A stretch of 64,000 nucleotides of DNA. Origin: Bugula neritina (lineage: Eukaryota; Animalia; Bryozoa). Positions 36,901 through 56,600 of this stretch are shown here, piece by piece (the first letter of the stretch is position 1; the number at the start of each line of letters is the position of its first letter). Location of the stretch: NCBI GenBank assembly GCA_964035545.1, contig OZ037771.1:8611408-8675407 (forward strand), in the 5' to 3' direction. The notes beneath the pieces were generated by a model. The model had not been told where the DNA came from. It saw only the letters and a list, made by a program, of their open reading frames with translations, and made no database searches. Position numbers and translations under genes: made by a program.

Positions 36901-39891
36901 AGATGTTGAATCCTACACCATCTGATTCAATTATTATCTGAACAATCAATGAAGGTGTTCAACATTAGCTATTTGCAGAGTAAGTATGATATAGATTTTT
37001 ACAAGATTTCAACAAAAATAAGATAGCGGAAGGTATATCCTAGCAACTTGGCAGCATCTTATTCTGCCAGAAGTTGGTAAGAATTATTGCTGATGTCTGT
37101 TTTTAGAAACTAAATTTAGCGTTTCAAACGTTTCATTAATTTAAAAGTTTGTTACAAAATTTGGCAAATATTTTGCCAACATTTAATTCAACATGAGTAC
37201 TTTTCGCAGTTGAAGGAAATTTAAAATAGGTTTAGGAAGATGAAGAATGATAGCAAACAATAGATTGTGAATTGTAAAAATAGAACAAAAAGGTTATTTT
37301 GATATTCATTGCATGTAGTGCTAAAATACTTCTAGTAGTACTTGATAGAACATTGATTGCCCCAGTTCCATTCTAGGTAAATGACTACACATATTTATTC
37401 AGTTCCACATATTAGCAAATGGTCCAACCCTACTCCTTCTGTCTTCATACCTTAAAAACACCGAATGTTTTCTGTACTCATGATTGGATGTTACTGCTCA
37501 ACAATAACCAACCAATAACTTAGTTTACTTTCCCATGTTTCCACAGTTTAAACGGACTTTCCATTCTCACGGTTAATCAGCACAAAAATTTCTCTCAGAA
37601 TAGGCAACTCCAAACTAATCAGCTGCTAAATGCTGCCAACCATAAACGCAACTCATGATGTCGTCTCTCAGTGTAAACAAATATGGCCAACATTAGTTCA
37701 GTTTTAGTTGATACACATTACTATTTTCATGAGACTTACTCTGCCTTCGTAGTGTATGTTACAACTAAACCACTAAAGCATATAGTCAAGGGTGCTCATG
37801 CTTTCAAAAGAACAGGTTTATTTTTTATCTCTGAAAAAAAAATTAATTATTACTTCTACCATGAGCCTTTGGCTTTTAGTTTATATAATAATGCCTGGAA
37901 ACAAAAGTTGGAAAGCTGAGGTGCAGATTTATAAATCTGATTGACCAATGTCCTTTTCGCCGTACAGTTACCCTTGTATCTCAGTTGTTCACACCACCAG
38001 CATTTAAAGTTGGACGTAGATTTATAGCATATCATGAGTATTGATGTTGGCTATTCAATGCCATAGCCCATTGTTAACCACCCCAACAGTTAACCCAAGT
38101 GATATAATAAGAGCTGTTAGGATGTGAGCAGCAGATTATCATCAAAACTTATTGTTGCTAGAAAATTCTAATATAATTGAAATGTTGGTGTCACTTGGTA
38201 AGTGGGTAAGTGGGCTGCTGATGCACACACACATTTGTGTAAAGACTATGAACACTATCAAACAAAACCAAATCATGAAATATAAAAGTAAGATGTAGTA
38301 AAGGGTGACGTGCACAGACAATGTTAAAGGTAAAGTTCACAGATAATCTAAACCACTTCATGCATATACCGGTAGCAATGCTCGGTGCGTTCAGAAAACT
38401 AGTGAACAAGCTAAAAGCAAACCTGATGCAGAAGTAGAGCTGGCAACAGCAGAAGTAAGCCTTCTGCTAGCTGTAGAAGTTAAGGCTTGTGATGTGCTAG
38501 ATGAAAGCCTGGATGTAGCACGTGAAGTGGTTGCTGGAACATGTGATGTGGTGGTTGGAGCACGTGAAGTAGAAGCTGTAACAGGTGATGCTGTTGCTGT
38601 AGCACTAGCATGGAGTGTATAAAATGATGTAGAAGCAGTTGCTAAGATAAGAGCAGCACAGGTATTGTTACTAACTAAAAAGACAGACTTAGAACCAATA
38701 GAGGCGGAATGCGGAGGGGGTGGGTGAGATGGTGTACCTGAACTAGTTGAAGAAGTTCTTTCAGCTGCTCTCTCAGTTGGAGATGCCAGTGCTGTGGATT
38801 GTGGCTCCAAGGAACTGCAGATAGAGACACAAACATATCTTTTGATAAAAAGCAATTTGCATGCAAAAGACAGTTATTATTTAGAAAACATCCTAAAACA
38901 TAACACCAGATAAACCTTTAGATTCTACAAGTTGAAAAAAACAATAATTTGATGGCATCCCAAAATATCTAGAGGGTTTGATCTTATTTTTATTCTTTAT
39001 TAGATTTACAGGAGTGAGTTACAGGAAATCTTTTATATTTTGTGGCACTGAGAAGTACAGTTTTCATTTTGTAGATGAATGCTGCTAGAACTGCCTAAAT
39101 ACAACGATATTAATCAGCTTATTCTAAATAAAAAAACTCGCTGATTTATAAGTGAATGGATGAAGAATCATTCTATAAGAAGCAGCTTGGAGTTGTGGTA
39201 TTCAAGTGCAGTAGTTTGAAATTTGCGAGTTTTGAATTGGAGGTTTAGGTTAAAATTACAAACCCTCAACACCAAACTAGAGAACCTCAAACTACTGCAG
39301 TCAGTCACCCCTAACTCGGAGCTGCTTATAGAATGATGCAGTGATGAACTTACATATTAGACTGTGATCTGAGTCCAGTGCGAGTCCCTGTTTTAGGGGC
39401 TCTTGTTCTCCGCCTCTTAGATTGCAGAAGTGACGAGCTTGTCTCGGTATTTGAGCTGGACGCCTGCTACAAGTAACATTGAATAACCAGTATGCCTCAC
39501 ACCTAAAAGTTTAAAGTCAATTTTCATTTTCAGCTATAATTCAGTAACATCAACGGATCATTTTTAATACAGTTAACAAATAACAGATGTAACTTTGAAC
39601 AGAACAAAGTGACAAAAGTATTTTAACAAAAATTACCGGATTAGCCTGTGTATCGAGTGTATCAGAACTGGTGAGTGCTGATTCGTCGTTTTGGTTGCTG
39701 CAAGAGGTCAAAAAATTATTGATTACAGAGCACACTGCTCATAATTGAAACAAAAATTTTTATTTCTGTACAAGTATCACATGTTGGTACTTTTATTAGC
39801 ATTATACAGACCTAACTTGTGTAGATGGCGTTTTTGCTTTTCTCTTTCTTGATTTTAATGGCCTGTTTCTGTCTTCAGAACAATCGGCCAT
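15941..39891 (-). CDS. TRIP12: E3 ubiquitin ligase TRIP12 (UFD4/HECT family), about 40 exons; ATG at 39891 ([18 protein letters not shown]), stop at 15941
   Basis: S/T/A-rich N-terminus; ARM region ([52 protein letters not shown]); WWE domain ([14 protein letters not shown]...[13 protein letters not shown]); HECT domain ([44 protein letters not shown], catalytic [18 protein letters not shown], ending SFHLS*). Exon phases join. Some N-terminal exon edges are approximate. Confidence 0.95.
16190..18120. repeat. 26-bp minisatellite (TAGTAAGATAGTAGTAACATAGTATA), about 74 copies, in the last TRIP12 intron
   Basis: Directly visible tandem array. It is almost AG-free on the TRIP12 sense strand and produces the spurious YYILCYYY ORFs. 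Confidence 0.97.
18320..18501. mobile_element. MITE with GGTAAAAATGGCAC sub-repeats and an 8-9-bp TSD
   Basis: Left (C)GATTTTAGGTAAAAATGGCAC matches the right-end reverse complement CGGTGTCCGGTAAAAATAGCAC. Flanks are TTAACACA(C) and TCAACACA(C). Confidence 0.7.
23020..23146 (+). repeat. 21-bp minisatellite GTATGACTCAGAGAGGTGA(T/G)A, about 6 copies
   Basis: Directly visible next to the donor at ~23173. Confidence 0.9.
25903..26091 (+). mobile_element. tRNA-derived SINE (internally deleted head) in a TRIP12 intron
   Basis: A-box-like TGGTCTAGGG, degenerate B-box (GCTCGAACCCC) and core TTAGGAAGAGCATCCAGTCATAATTGCTCCTGTG. Colinear with the copy at 61780. Confidence 0.85.
28091..28170. repeat. 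20-bp minisatellite (GTCACATGGTATTACACTGT), about 4 copies, overlapping a TRIP12 3' splice site
   Basis: The last unit on the sense strand ends ...ATGTGACAG|GCGGCG. Confidence 0.85.
28391..29215. repeat. 52-bp minisatellite, about 16 copies, in a TRIP12 intron
   Basis: Unit CAGTATAGTATATAGAGTATATATTAGTATACAGTACAGTGTGGGATACATA. Confidence 0.97.
31449..33820. repeat. 24/26/28-bp minisatellite, about 90-95 copies, whose unit is the TRIP12 3' splice site plus the first 7 exon bases
   Basis: Sense unit is ATAT(CT)nGTATTACAG|CCATGTT. The last copy runs into exon CCATGTTGGAAGCTCGG (AMLEAR). Confidence 0.97.
35920..36055. repeat. 15-bp minisatellite TACAGTGTCTACAGG, about 9 copies
   Basis: Directly visible in the intron near the donor at ~36073. 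It gives the VDTVP repeat in the ORF track. Confidence 0.9.
39167..39337. mobile_element. Hairpin MITE of about 170 bp
   Basis: Nested inverted repeats ATCATTCTATAAG...CTTATAGAATGAT, AAGCAGCT/AGCTGCTT and TGCAGTAGTTTGA/TCAAACTACTGCA. Confidence 0.75.
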
Positions 39892-41399
39892 AGTAATAGC
39901 TAAGCAATAATCCAATCATCCTATTCTAACCTGTTGTCACCCCATTGATAAATTAACATCTATTCCTATTTAGCATTTAAAAATAAATTACAAACCCTAA
40001 AACCTTTGCCCAGCTGTTCCTTCAAAAATATGAAAGTTTTCAATTCACTCTACTAGTCCAAGACAATTGCCCGAGACAAAAGCCATTGTCAAAACTATAC
40101 TATTTAATTTTTAATTGAATATGTGACAGGCTGATAGTCCTTATAAGTTTTAGTTCATTACGATTGGGAGATGAAGTTTTCATTTCAGTAAAATTGGCAC
40201 ATATTATTACCACAGCAACAATTTTCATTCTATTTTAGAATGTTATTTTCTTCTCCTTTACTATTTATTAAAAGTATATGAAAAATTAAAAAAAAATTAG
40301 CTGATGCACTGTCATGCACTTTCATTGTCATAACATCTTATTTTACTCATTACAATCTTAGCTGCATCCAAATGTAGCTACAAAATTGATATGAACAAAT
40401 TTTAATCTAATTATAAATTGAAAATAACAACCTATATTGGTATTCAATTAGATTAAAATTATATTTTATTCTTTAAATAGTAAGGCATCAGCCTGGAACA
40501 ACGGTTAAATTTCATTATTCTAAATTCAAGTCTAAGTTGAATTTGGCAGAAGGTTTTCAGAAAACTGTGCACCTGATTATGATGGGTCTAAAACGTGGGT
40601 ATAAAATCATGAGGCATCTTATAGACACCACCAAGATTTTTTTTTCATCAAGGTTTGAAGTAGCTAGATATCAACTGGCATATAATAAAAAATAACAAAT
40701 CCTGTTAATGCCCTAGCCTCATAATTAACCTCTCCAGAGCATTTTGGCCTAGTGACTCATCAACACTAATATATATATTTATCAATCCAAATCATTCTGA
40801 CTGGAGTACTTGCAATTCTCTGGCCCCAGTAAACTTGTATAAATTGTTGAGTTTTGACTTGACTTGCTTGAATAACAGATGCAACTAAAAAAATGGATTG
40901 ACTAGCTGCAAGTCATAGAAATTTTGGTAAGCGTAACTGCAAACTCATTGTATAATATATTAAGAGTAACACTCACGGTAGCTGTAAGTAAAACCTAAAA
41001 ACTGATTTTCAACTTGAGATTAGCATCAATAAAATATTGCTTCTAGTATCAATGTAGCAAGTAGTCATCAACATCATTACACTTCATTACCAAAGTGTAT
41101 TACTAATAACTTTAGTGAAAATGTTGACAATCACAACGAAAATTATCCGTGAACATGATGATGATAGACCAGTACCACAACGACTTTCCTTTTACACCTA
41201 ATTGGTAAATTACTATTTATTACAACTACATTCATTACTTAGTCTCACTATTTGTATTAGGTATGATAATGAAGGATTAGTATTATTTACTTCTGATTTA
41301 AAAACAAAATTGATTCATTCTTTTAAAAGATAAATGTAAAACTGATATTGAAAGGCCATAACTGATGAGAGAAGTAGACGTTTGAAACTGACAGATCAC

Positions 41400-42330
41400 A
41401 AAATTATTCCATTTTGATTTAGATTAAGATTTACTAATTTAGTGTTACTAAACTGAAAAAAAATATGTTAGTCATAGTGATAGTTCTGTGTTAGTCATAC
41501 TCATAGTGAGTATCGCCATTGGTAATGATCAGACATCAAATTCAATCAGTCAGTCAGTACTAAGTTAGTAACTTAAACTAAAAAGGCAAACTACGGGCTT
41601 CTAGTAATCTGATTAGATTAGCTGATTAGACTTTGTCATGGATTCACTATTACTATGAGTATGATTATCATTACAATTTAGAATACATTTGGTGATTTAC
41701 CCACAAGTCTAAGCACCATGATCAGGGTGATATAAAATAATAAATGAAATTGAGTATCATAATCATAATGATATTGATGGCGATAGTCATAATGATAGTG
41801 TAGTAATACTAATAATGATAACAATCTGAATCTAGAAGCAGAAGTCAATCGTTATCGTTATCGTAGCTACTTCGACTGTAACCATTAGACTTTGCATTAT
41901 TATTACTATTAGTATTACTATTAGTATTATTATAAATGTAGGTAATAGTAATATTCTAATAGTAATAGCAATAGTAATAGTAATAGTAATAGAGAAACTC
42001 AAACTATCACTATCAGTCTCATCACAAACTTGAACTAAGCAGTAACACTAACTGTTACAGTTAGTGTAAGTGTTACTGTAAGTGTAAGTGCAACAAGTTT
42101 AATCCATAAAAATACAACTCAAACTAAAACCTTTCTGAATTTCTAGACTAAAACTTTGCCAATGTTAACATTTTAAATTCAAGGTACTCTTAGAACTAGT
42201 CTTAGTCCTAATCATAATGATAATGATGATTATAATCATAATGTTTCAGTTTGCGTCACTACCAGTACTAGTACTTAATAACTTATAGTTGATGTTATAG
42301 TTATTCTAATTCTATTGGCCTAAAAAGTTT
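41400..42330. repeat. Cryptic period-3/6 A/T repeat field in the inferred TRIP12 5' intron
   Basis: Contains (TAGTAA)n, (GTAAGT/GTTACT)n, (CATAAT)n and (AAACTN)n, the same style as 1950-3400 and 4550-5460. Confidence 0.7.
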
Positions 42331-42379
42331 ACATAAATTACAATAACTGAATAAGCATAGTGAAAAGTTATGTGCTTTG

Positions 42380-42600
42380 TCAGAAGACTATCAAGTTCAA
42401 TTGCCATGTTTTGTTGGCATCAACTTTAAACTGAACATCAAGCTCAACACGGACAAATGCATGATAATGGTATGAACTTGAAACTGAACGTAGCCCTCTT
42501 ATTGCTTTGTGGATATCAAAAGATCTCTACATTACCATGTATAGACAATATAGACTTGTCAATCCGCCCAATATTAGTCGTTTTTGTATCAATGCTTTTC
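42380..42600 (-). promoter_or_regulatory. Inferred TRIP12 promoter/TSS region
   Basis: YY1-like AACATGGC on the minus strand (42403-42410), CCGCCCAAT GC/CCAAT box (42564-42572) and an abrupt end of the A/T repeat field. The ATG exon is preceded by an acceptor, implying an upstream non-coding exon. Confidence 0.4.
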
Positions 42601-43199
42601 AAGGCCATTTGTAATAATCGTAATTTGTGATCCTACCTTTAGGGAAGATAATTTCATATGCTTGCGTTAATGGAATGTTGGTAATTATGGAACACAAAAT
42701 TATCGCAAATGATTTAGTGTTATGTTATTAGCCACGCTACATCTTTAAAACAACAAAAAACATGCATATGCATGTACATATACATTTACATGTACCTATG
42801 CATATACACATATACATGTATATATAGCCTACACACACGTTGCTTTTCGACGAGCTTCAAAACATAAGAACTTGTTTAAGACACTATAATATTAGTAGCA
42901 TCCCTTTCCGCATAGGAAGAATTATAGTTTAAATTATGGAAAATATTGCAAGTTAATGTAAATGCAATCTATATTAACATAAAATACACTTTTAAATATT
43001 GGTTTAGTTGTCACACATGCAGCAGTACCTTCAACATCATGGTAGGTCAACATCCTAATGCATGTGCTAAATAATATGTAGTGCAATAGATCTAAATACT
43101 TTATAGTATTACAATAAAGAGAAATCTTTTGAACAAGATAGAGTACCTACCAAAAAAGTCTTTTGTAACAATTGTATAATTTTAATACACATCATTGCA

Positions 43200-43830
43200 G
43201 ATTATTGTGCAGTGTTGCATTATAATGTATAGTACTGTGCTGTATATATATGGTAATGTATTGTTTTGCACTGCAATATGTAGTATTCTTTAGTACAGTG
43301 TAGTATGGTATGGTATTGTAACAGTATTTAAACTATTGTTTAGTTTAGTATTGTTCAATATTGTGTCGTATGCAGCACTGTAATGTACTGTATTGTATTG
43401 CATTGCAGTACTACGTTGCATTGAACTGTATTGTATTGCAATGCATTGTATTACATTGTATAGTATTGCAATGTGTTGCATTACACTGTAGTACACTACA
43501 CTGCATTGCATTACACTGTATTGTATTGCGATGTATTGTATCACACTGTATATTAATGCACTACATAGTATTGCACTTTATTGCACTACACTGTATAGTA
43601 TTACACTGTATAGTATTACACTGTATTGCATAGCGCTGTATTGTATAGTACTGTATTGTATAGCACTGTATTGCATTACACTGTATTGTATTGTGATGTA
43701 TAGTAAAACACTGTATTGTATAGCACTGTATTTTATTGCGAGGTGTAGTATTACACTGTATTAATGTAGAGCACTGTATTTTATATTGCAATGTATTGTA
43801 TTACACTATATATAATAATACACAGTGTAT
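43200..43830. repeat. Degenerate pentamer satellite (TGTAT/TGCAT/TACAC)n
   Basis: Directly visible. It is the source of the CIVLHCI ORFs. Confidence 0.9.
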
Positions 43831-46083
43831 TGTGCAACGTGCAGAACATCAAACCATCAAAGCAGACCTTGGTTCACATATTCCAGGTTCAGATTATCAT
43901 TAAACAGAATATTCATACTCCGGGCTGTTTCCTGGCACTCCACACCTTTGAGAACAAACAGAGTTCAGTCACATAACAGTTTATGTTCAACTATACTTTA
44001 GTTCTCATAAAAGTATTATATACTTGTTTGGTAGAAGGTTAGGTGCAGAAATACAGAGTTCAAATATAGCTTGGATTTTAATATTATTGTTACTTACTGA
44101 TTACGTTTAAACATTAGAGTTTAAATTGTATATATGGTACAATATTTTGATGTAGCAAACTTTCTTAAAACCTGTAAATCTGCACTTATTCCCTCAGGTT
44201 AGGTAGCTAACTGAAAGCTAAATCTAGATGTAATATTTATCTAGATTTATCCCCCTTACTTGGTATTAGACCTGTAACTATTCTTTACAATGCACTGCAT
44301 GAATTTCATATTAATAGGTACAATAAGCAGTATGATGAGGTTATAATATAAAGATAAACAGATTTCAATAGACATCATATAACTAAAATAATTGCTTTTT
44401 GCTAAAAAGGAACAATAAAAAATTGCTGGAGAAAATCTGTCTGGAAGTTTCAACTTAACTTATACCAACCTATATCACCTTATTTTTATGGAAATGGACA
44501 CTTCCATCATACTGGTTATACAGTCTAAATAAATTCACTGATTTAATTTACCCAACTCTTTGACTTGATTAATTGTTATTGGAATGGCGCAGGCCTCCCA
44601 AGCTCGGGTATCTTTGAATTTTAAGATTATCAATTTTTTTATAAATTTACAACAAGCTGTGTGGAATCAAAAGAATTTAATAAAATTTCTCACATGCACT
44701 TAAACAGTCATGTTGATTAATTTTAGTTTTATTGGGCAAGATTACAAATAATAAATGGGTCACTTTACTTAATTTAGTACACACTGTACACCTCAGGTTT
44801 TCAGCTATTTTTTGAAATTTAGCTACTCATACAAATAATTTTTTGTAATAAATCAATAAAATATTAACAAATGCAACTAATCAATCAAGTTTTTTTTAAA
44901 TATTGCTTCATTTCTTGTGTTTTTTTCCTACTTTTTCAATAAAAAACCGGGATTTTCATTACGGTTTTTTCATAACGATGTTTCAATAGTATTTATACAT
45001 TTTAAAATAACCAGAATTAGGACTACCAAGTAATTATTTATATTTCAGCTACTATTCTTCACTGCACTTGTTTCTTGTAATATATATCTGAATGAACATT
45101 GCATACATTGACTTGATTAGACACTTTATCATGTTTGCTAAGATAACAGTCTCTCTTGCTTACATGTTTTGTGCTTGTCATTTCCCATTGCTTCTATTGA
45201 CCCATTATGTTGATGTTTCTTTGTTGCAGTCTAAAATCACACAAAAGTTTGTTATTGACACAAAAAAGCATTTACAAAAGAAAATTAAAGTTTACATATT
45301 TCATTCTCTTGATATAATAGGGCAGCTAGCAAGTACGTATCAAACCACACCAAGTAATGGTGTTATATCACAATTTCCATTATTACTAAACAATTAGTTT
45401 TCTGCTATGCAAAAAGAGCACAACTACCAATAACTGCTATTTGAAAACAACATTCACTATAGAGTATGGTGTGGCTTGTATATTTGAGTATATGAGGTGT
45501 ATTATATGAAAGAATTAGCATATGAGAGATTGTAAGAAGGGAGTAGAGAGGTCGAGATTGCTCAAGAAGATTGTGTAGGATGCAAGTTAATAAATTAAAA
45601 ATAATGGTAAGTTCCCCATAACTATGAATCATCATAAAAAAATTCTCAACTGAAAACAATTTAAAAGCTTTGATTTTTCTACAGAATAAGTATAAAAACT
45701 TAGGCTAACATCTCAGCCAATCAAACTGTATTGAATTATCAACTCCCACACTGTACCAAAGGCTATGTTATATATTAAGCTCAATGGGTTATACCAAATT
45801 TCAGTATTACAGTATTGTAATTTGTAATAGGAGAATTTGTAAAATTCATAGAATAAGTATAAACATATGACTCTTATCTAGTGTCTATGTTTGCTATGTA
45901 TTCAGATTGTTATTAGAGAAGTGCATAAAAATATCAAAACATTCAGAGCTCTACAAAAAGTTCAAACAAAGAAAGTCATTAGCTACCCCCTGTTGTAACG
46001 ACAGTTTCACCTCCTATTTCAAGCCCTAAACTAACTATTAAGATAGTCTAAACTCAACAAAGATTAGCGCATTCAGATGCAAG

Positions 46084-52128
<6,045 letters not shown>

Positions 52129-53413
52129 GCTGATAAATGTGTTTGTTGGCTGGCCACTGTTAAGCTGGCAATACAAGGTAACTTTAAGTCATACAATCAT
52201 ATATTCTATCACAAGAATGTCTTATATTTTGTGATTACTTGAGTAGATGCAGGTATTAACTTCTTTTAGTTAAAATATAGTGAGCTAGTTGTATTTCATT
52301 GGGTGAGACTGTTAACACTTTAGTTAAAATACATGAGCCTTTGCATCTGACAAAGATTATTATGTAATGTATAGAGTTATAGCCACAAGCACAGATGAAA
52401 TATAATGACAGGAGATAGTCAGTGATGTAGGCAACAGCAAGGTTAGCTGTGGCAAGGTTAGAGTGGCTCCAGTGACCTGTACAGGAGAGAGAGCGGAACG
52501 GCATGACAATGCCGGTTAAGTTAGTATGCTTCGTTTCTTTTTAATATAATACATATACTAATAACATATATAAAATAATATATCCCAATTATGTATTGAT
52601 CAGATATAAAATGACTATATCAATGTTTTTTTTCTATAAGAAAGCCCAGGAGTTCTTTTATATAAATTATGCTTGCTTCACATTCAAACTACGATTTACA
52701 ATAGAAAAGTATATACTTTAATATCTTTAACAGATGTCTTTTGTAAAATTTAGTTTTACAGTTTATTAGTTTTCATAATTAGCTATTCTGAACAGAAATA
52801 TGCTCAATAGAAAAGTGTAAAAGAGGAAATGAGACAAGTCAAAGTTTAGCAGCAGCAGTTGGTCCTGCTTTGATTCATACATCCGTGTGACCCACTAAGG
52901 GAATGCTTGTTTTATACTGGATGCTCACAGATTACCACACCACTCATTCATTGCCATGCATTACTTTGACTACACTTGTCCACTTACTCAAAGTGTGTAC
53001 ACAGTGTGGGGATTGACTGCTAGATTACTGATACTTATATCTTCTCTTGCTTTTCAAACTGTCCCACAATTCAGTTTATGTAATTCTAAACAGTTTTATT
53101 ATAGTTTACTTAAAGAATAATTTGCTGATAAATCGTATATGGTACAGCTTTTCGTGTCCAAACTTTAGTAATAATATCCAGGAAAGCTTTATATTTGCTT
53201 TAAATTTGGTAACTTTTATATTGTTGTCTGACTTTTTATTTTTTTTATTATGATATATTTAGTTCAAGTACAATTATAGTAGGAATATATTTTTTCTAAT
53301 TTGATTTATTGCTTCATTCCTGAAGAATAATAATAATTATAATTAATCTTCATGTAAATCTTCAAGTTATTGATAACATCGCATTATAGAAAAAACAGAA
53401 AGAAATGCAAAAA

Positions 53414-53419
<6 letters not shown>

Positions 53420-53506
<87 letters not shown>
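53420..53506. repeat. (TA)n microsatellite just downstream of the GPCR stop
   Basis: Directly visible. Confidence 0.98.
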
Positions 53507-53508
<2 letters not shown>

Positions 53509-53643
53509 CATATATATGGCGCGTATATAATGCATATATGATGTATGGAATATATATTCAAATTATATACATACATATAAATACATATACAGAAATTTTA
53601 TAATTTTTATAAACAAATAAAAAATCTTTAGGTTCACAGCTGA

Positions 53644-56600
53644 TCATGTCATTTCTATGTTACCAGCAGATGTTGTTGAAGTAGCTTTGCTTTTTGAAGT
53701 AGTCATTTTAGAATTACTCCATGTTTTGATAGAAGTCACACAACTCCAACTTATGAGATTTGCACTCGCTATTAGCACGCCTTGAGATTCTACGAAAATT
53801 TGCATGATTAGCCACACTAAGTCATCATTGCTTGCTGTAGCTGCGAAAAGCAAGATCCAGCCTAAGCCCAGACAAATAGAAACCTTGAAGCATGTAATAA
53901 TGTTCTTTTTTAGCCTCACTTTATCCTGTTTTAAAGCAGCTGGGCTCGTATTGAATATTTTTACCATGACCACAATGCCTATTATACAATTTGTAACTAT
54001 CAATATGTATATAGGCACTAGGTACAAAGCTAGACGTATGGTAGTGTCACCAAGAAAGCATACACCTGCACCACTGTAAATATTCTGACTAATAGAGAGT
54101 TGACTAGTAGAGAGTATATATGTTATCATAGTGCAAACCAAAGGCAGTCCTAATGCATATACACTGTATAACACAAAAGGTTTATGTGACCTTGACACAA
54201 GTCTCATGGAATATAAACTGCGCACTATACTAATTGCCATGGAGTTGCTCCACGTGAGTGATGCAAGAAAGAAGAACTGTGTAATGGCCGCTATAGCTTC
54301 ACAACCAGCTTCGTCTCTCCCAATCGGTAGGTTTATAAGTGAAAAGCACAAGAGAGCTCCAAATAAGCAAATCAGGAGTGAAACCATCATAATATCTGGT
54401 AAGCTGAGAGGCTTTTTCTTTTTCATCACAATTAGAATAATGTTACAGACTATGGCAAGAAGGGAGGCACCCAGAAGAACATAGTCGTGAATTCCAAAAG
54501 TTAATTTTGGTCCAGGAATCAGTGTTGTTGTGTTGATCACCTCAAGGACCTAAAACCACAAAGTATAGTGTTCAAGCAATAAAGTACTTATTTAAATTGA
54601 AGTGTCATTCCAAATGACTTAAAGTTGTAATCTATGGATAGAAAGAACTTCAAAATATACATATATAAATAATAGAGCGAAGTGCTATATTAAATTTAAT
54701 CAAATTTGCTTATAATATGATAATTGGTTTCATTGTTTTGATATAAATTACTACATTTACAGATCACAAAAATAAAAAGCATCTGTCAATACTCATTAAC
54801 TACTATAAAGAGTTGTCTCCCATACGTTATAAACTAAACCAGTGGACTGAGACTATCTTATATAGCTATAGTTCATTGAACTAAACATCATAGCTACTTT
54901 GTAATACCTCGGTTGTAGCAGCAGTTGATTGTAGCCAATAAATATATACAAGCTTTGTAAATGAAACTAAATATTTCTATCAAATCATTTCACAGTTGGA
55001 ACTCATAAAAGATTTTGGAGCTAGATAGTACAGCTTGGCTTTTGCTGCTAGATTATAAAAATCTTATCAGAGATTATGGCAAAAGAAAGGGTAAAAACCT
55101 ACCTGAAGCCCACTGGCTGAAAGTTGGATCTGTTTATATGCTTGGTTTGACAACTGCGAGATTACAGATTTGTTGGAGCAGAACATAATAGAGTCATTCG
55201 AGCTTCTCCACATCTGAACTGGAGTTGTCTTTTCTTTTTCTGAATATCTTTCAAAGCTGAAAACTGCTCTTCCAATACTCTTACCATTACCTGGAGAAAC
55301 TGGCATTAATATATTATCAATTGGCGGATTAGAGCCAGCACTCATCCCTGAGATGGAGTAACTACCAGTTTCAATTTGAAAACACTGGTGCATTTCCTCA
55401 CCACATAAGTCAGTGATAAGAAAGTCATTTTTGAAGACCGTACTATTTACTAATTCCTCCAAAATAAGTTTAGGTAAGATACTGGTTGAGTTGTCTATTT
55501 CACTGCACACATATTGAGGGTCCTGTACACATCTTCCACAACACTGCCAAGAGCTCAGTCTAATGGTTGTGATATAACTACGCAGCGACATTTGAACTGA
55601 TTCGGCGAATAAATCTTCTAGGGAGCCACCAGTCACAATTCCACCATATTCTATTGGGTACTCTAAATCGCAGATGACACAGAAGTAGTTGCGGAATACT
55701 ATGTTATTGAAATATACAAATGAAACTGGTCCCCTCTCACAGTCCTCACTCAGCTTCCATTCTGAGTACATGTTGGGACATTTGCTTTTATATGTTTTGC
55801 CCATTGGACATTCGTAGAAGTAGTCTGAGTCATCCAGTGACGATGTGTATGAGTGGAAGGAACACTCTCCTCTGAAACACAGGATCAACCATATCACTTG
55901 TTATAAAGTAATAATGTAGAGCCAGTAACTTTGACTGATAATAAAAAGAACAATGACGCCTAAAAGGTGGTGTACATGAAGCACCAAAAAGATCCTAAAT
56001 TTATGCAACAACTCACTTAATAACTACAATAATTTATTAACTATGTTAGCATGCACATAGTGCATTATATCATTAAGTTAATGTATAGGGAAAGTATAAC
56101 ATAAAAATTTTTAGCATTCCATGAAGTTTAACCTACACGATGTTACCAAGTTGATCCTGCTCACATCTCACTGTTACGTCCCAGAATGTGGTGTTTGTGG
56201 CTTTATTGCATCTTGCACAGTGCATATTCTTATATCTGAAGAAATTATTAGGGAAGTGACAGTATTTTGCATTATTGGCTATACTAAAATAAAATTAGAA
56301 GTGAACACTCTGTTTGCACTGGATATATTACTGTACTTGCGAGTTCTTCACAATTATTGAAGATCAGTAAGTTCTGCTGAATAAGGTGTGTATCACATAA
56401 CCAATAGACTTCACTGGTCAACTATGACAGTATAACTTGCCTTAAACCTTTGAGAAATCATGAGTTATTCATTTGAAAATAGCCCTAGCCACTGAAAACT
56501 GTGTTCTGTCACTCAACCACAAAATCTAAATCTATAGACAACATACGTCAAACGAGTGTTTCTGTCTAGGACGAGCCAGCCATATAGACTCCATTCTCCA

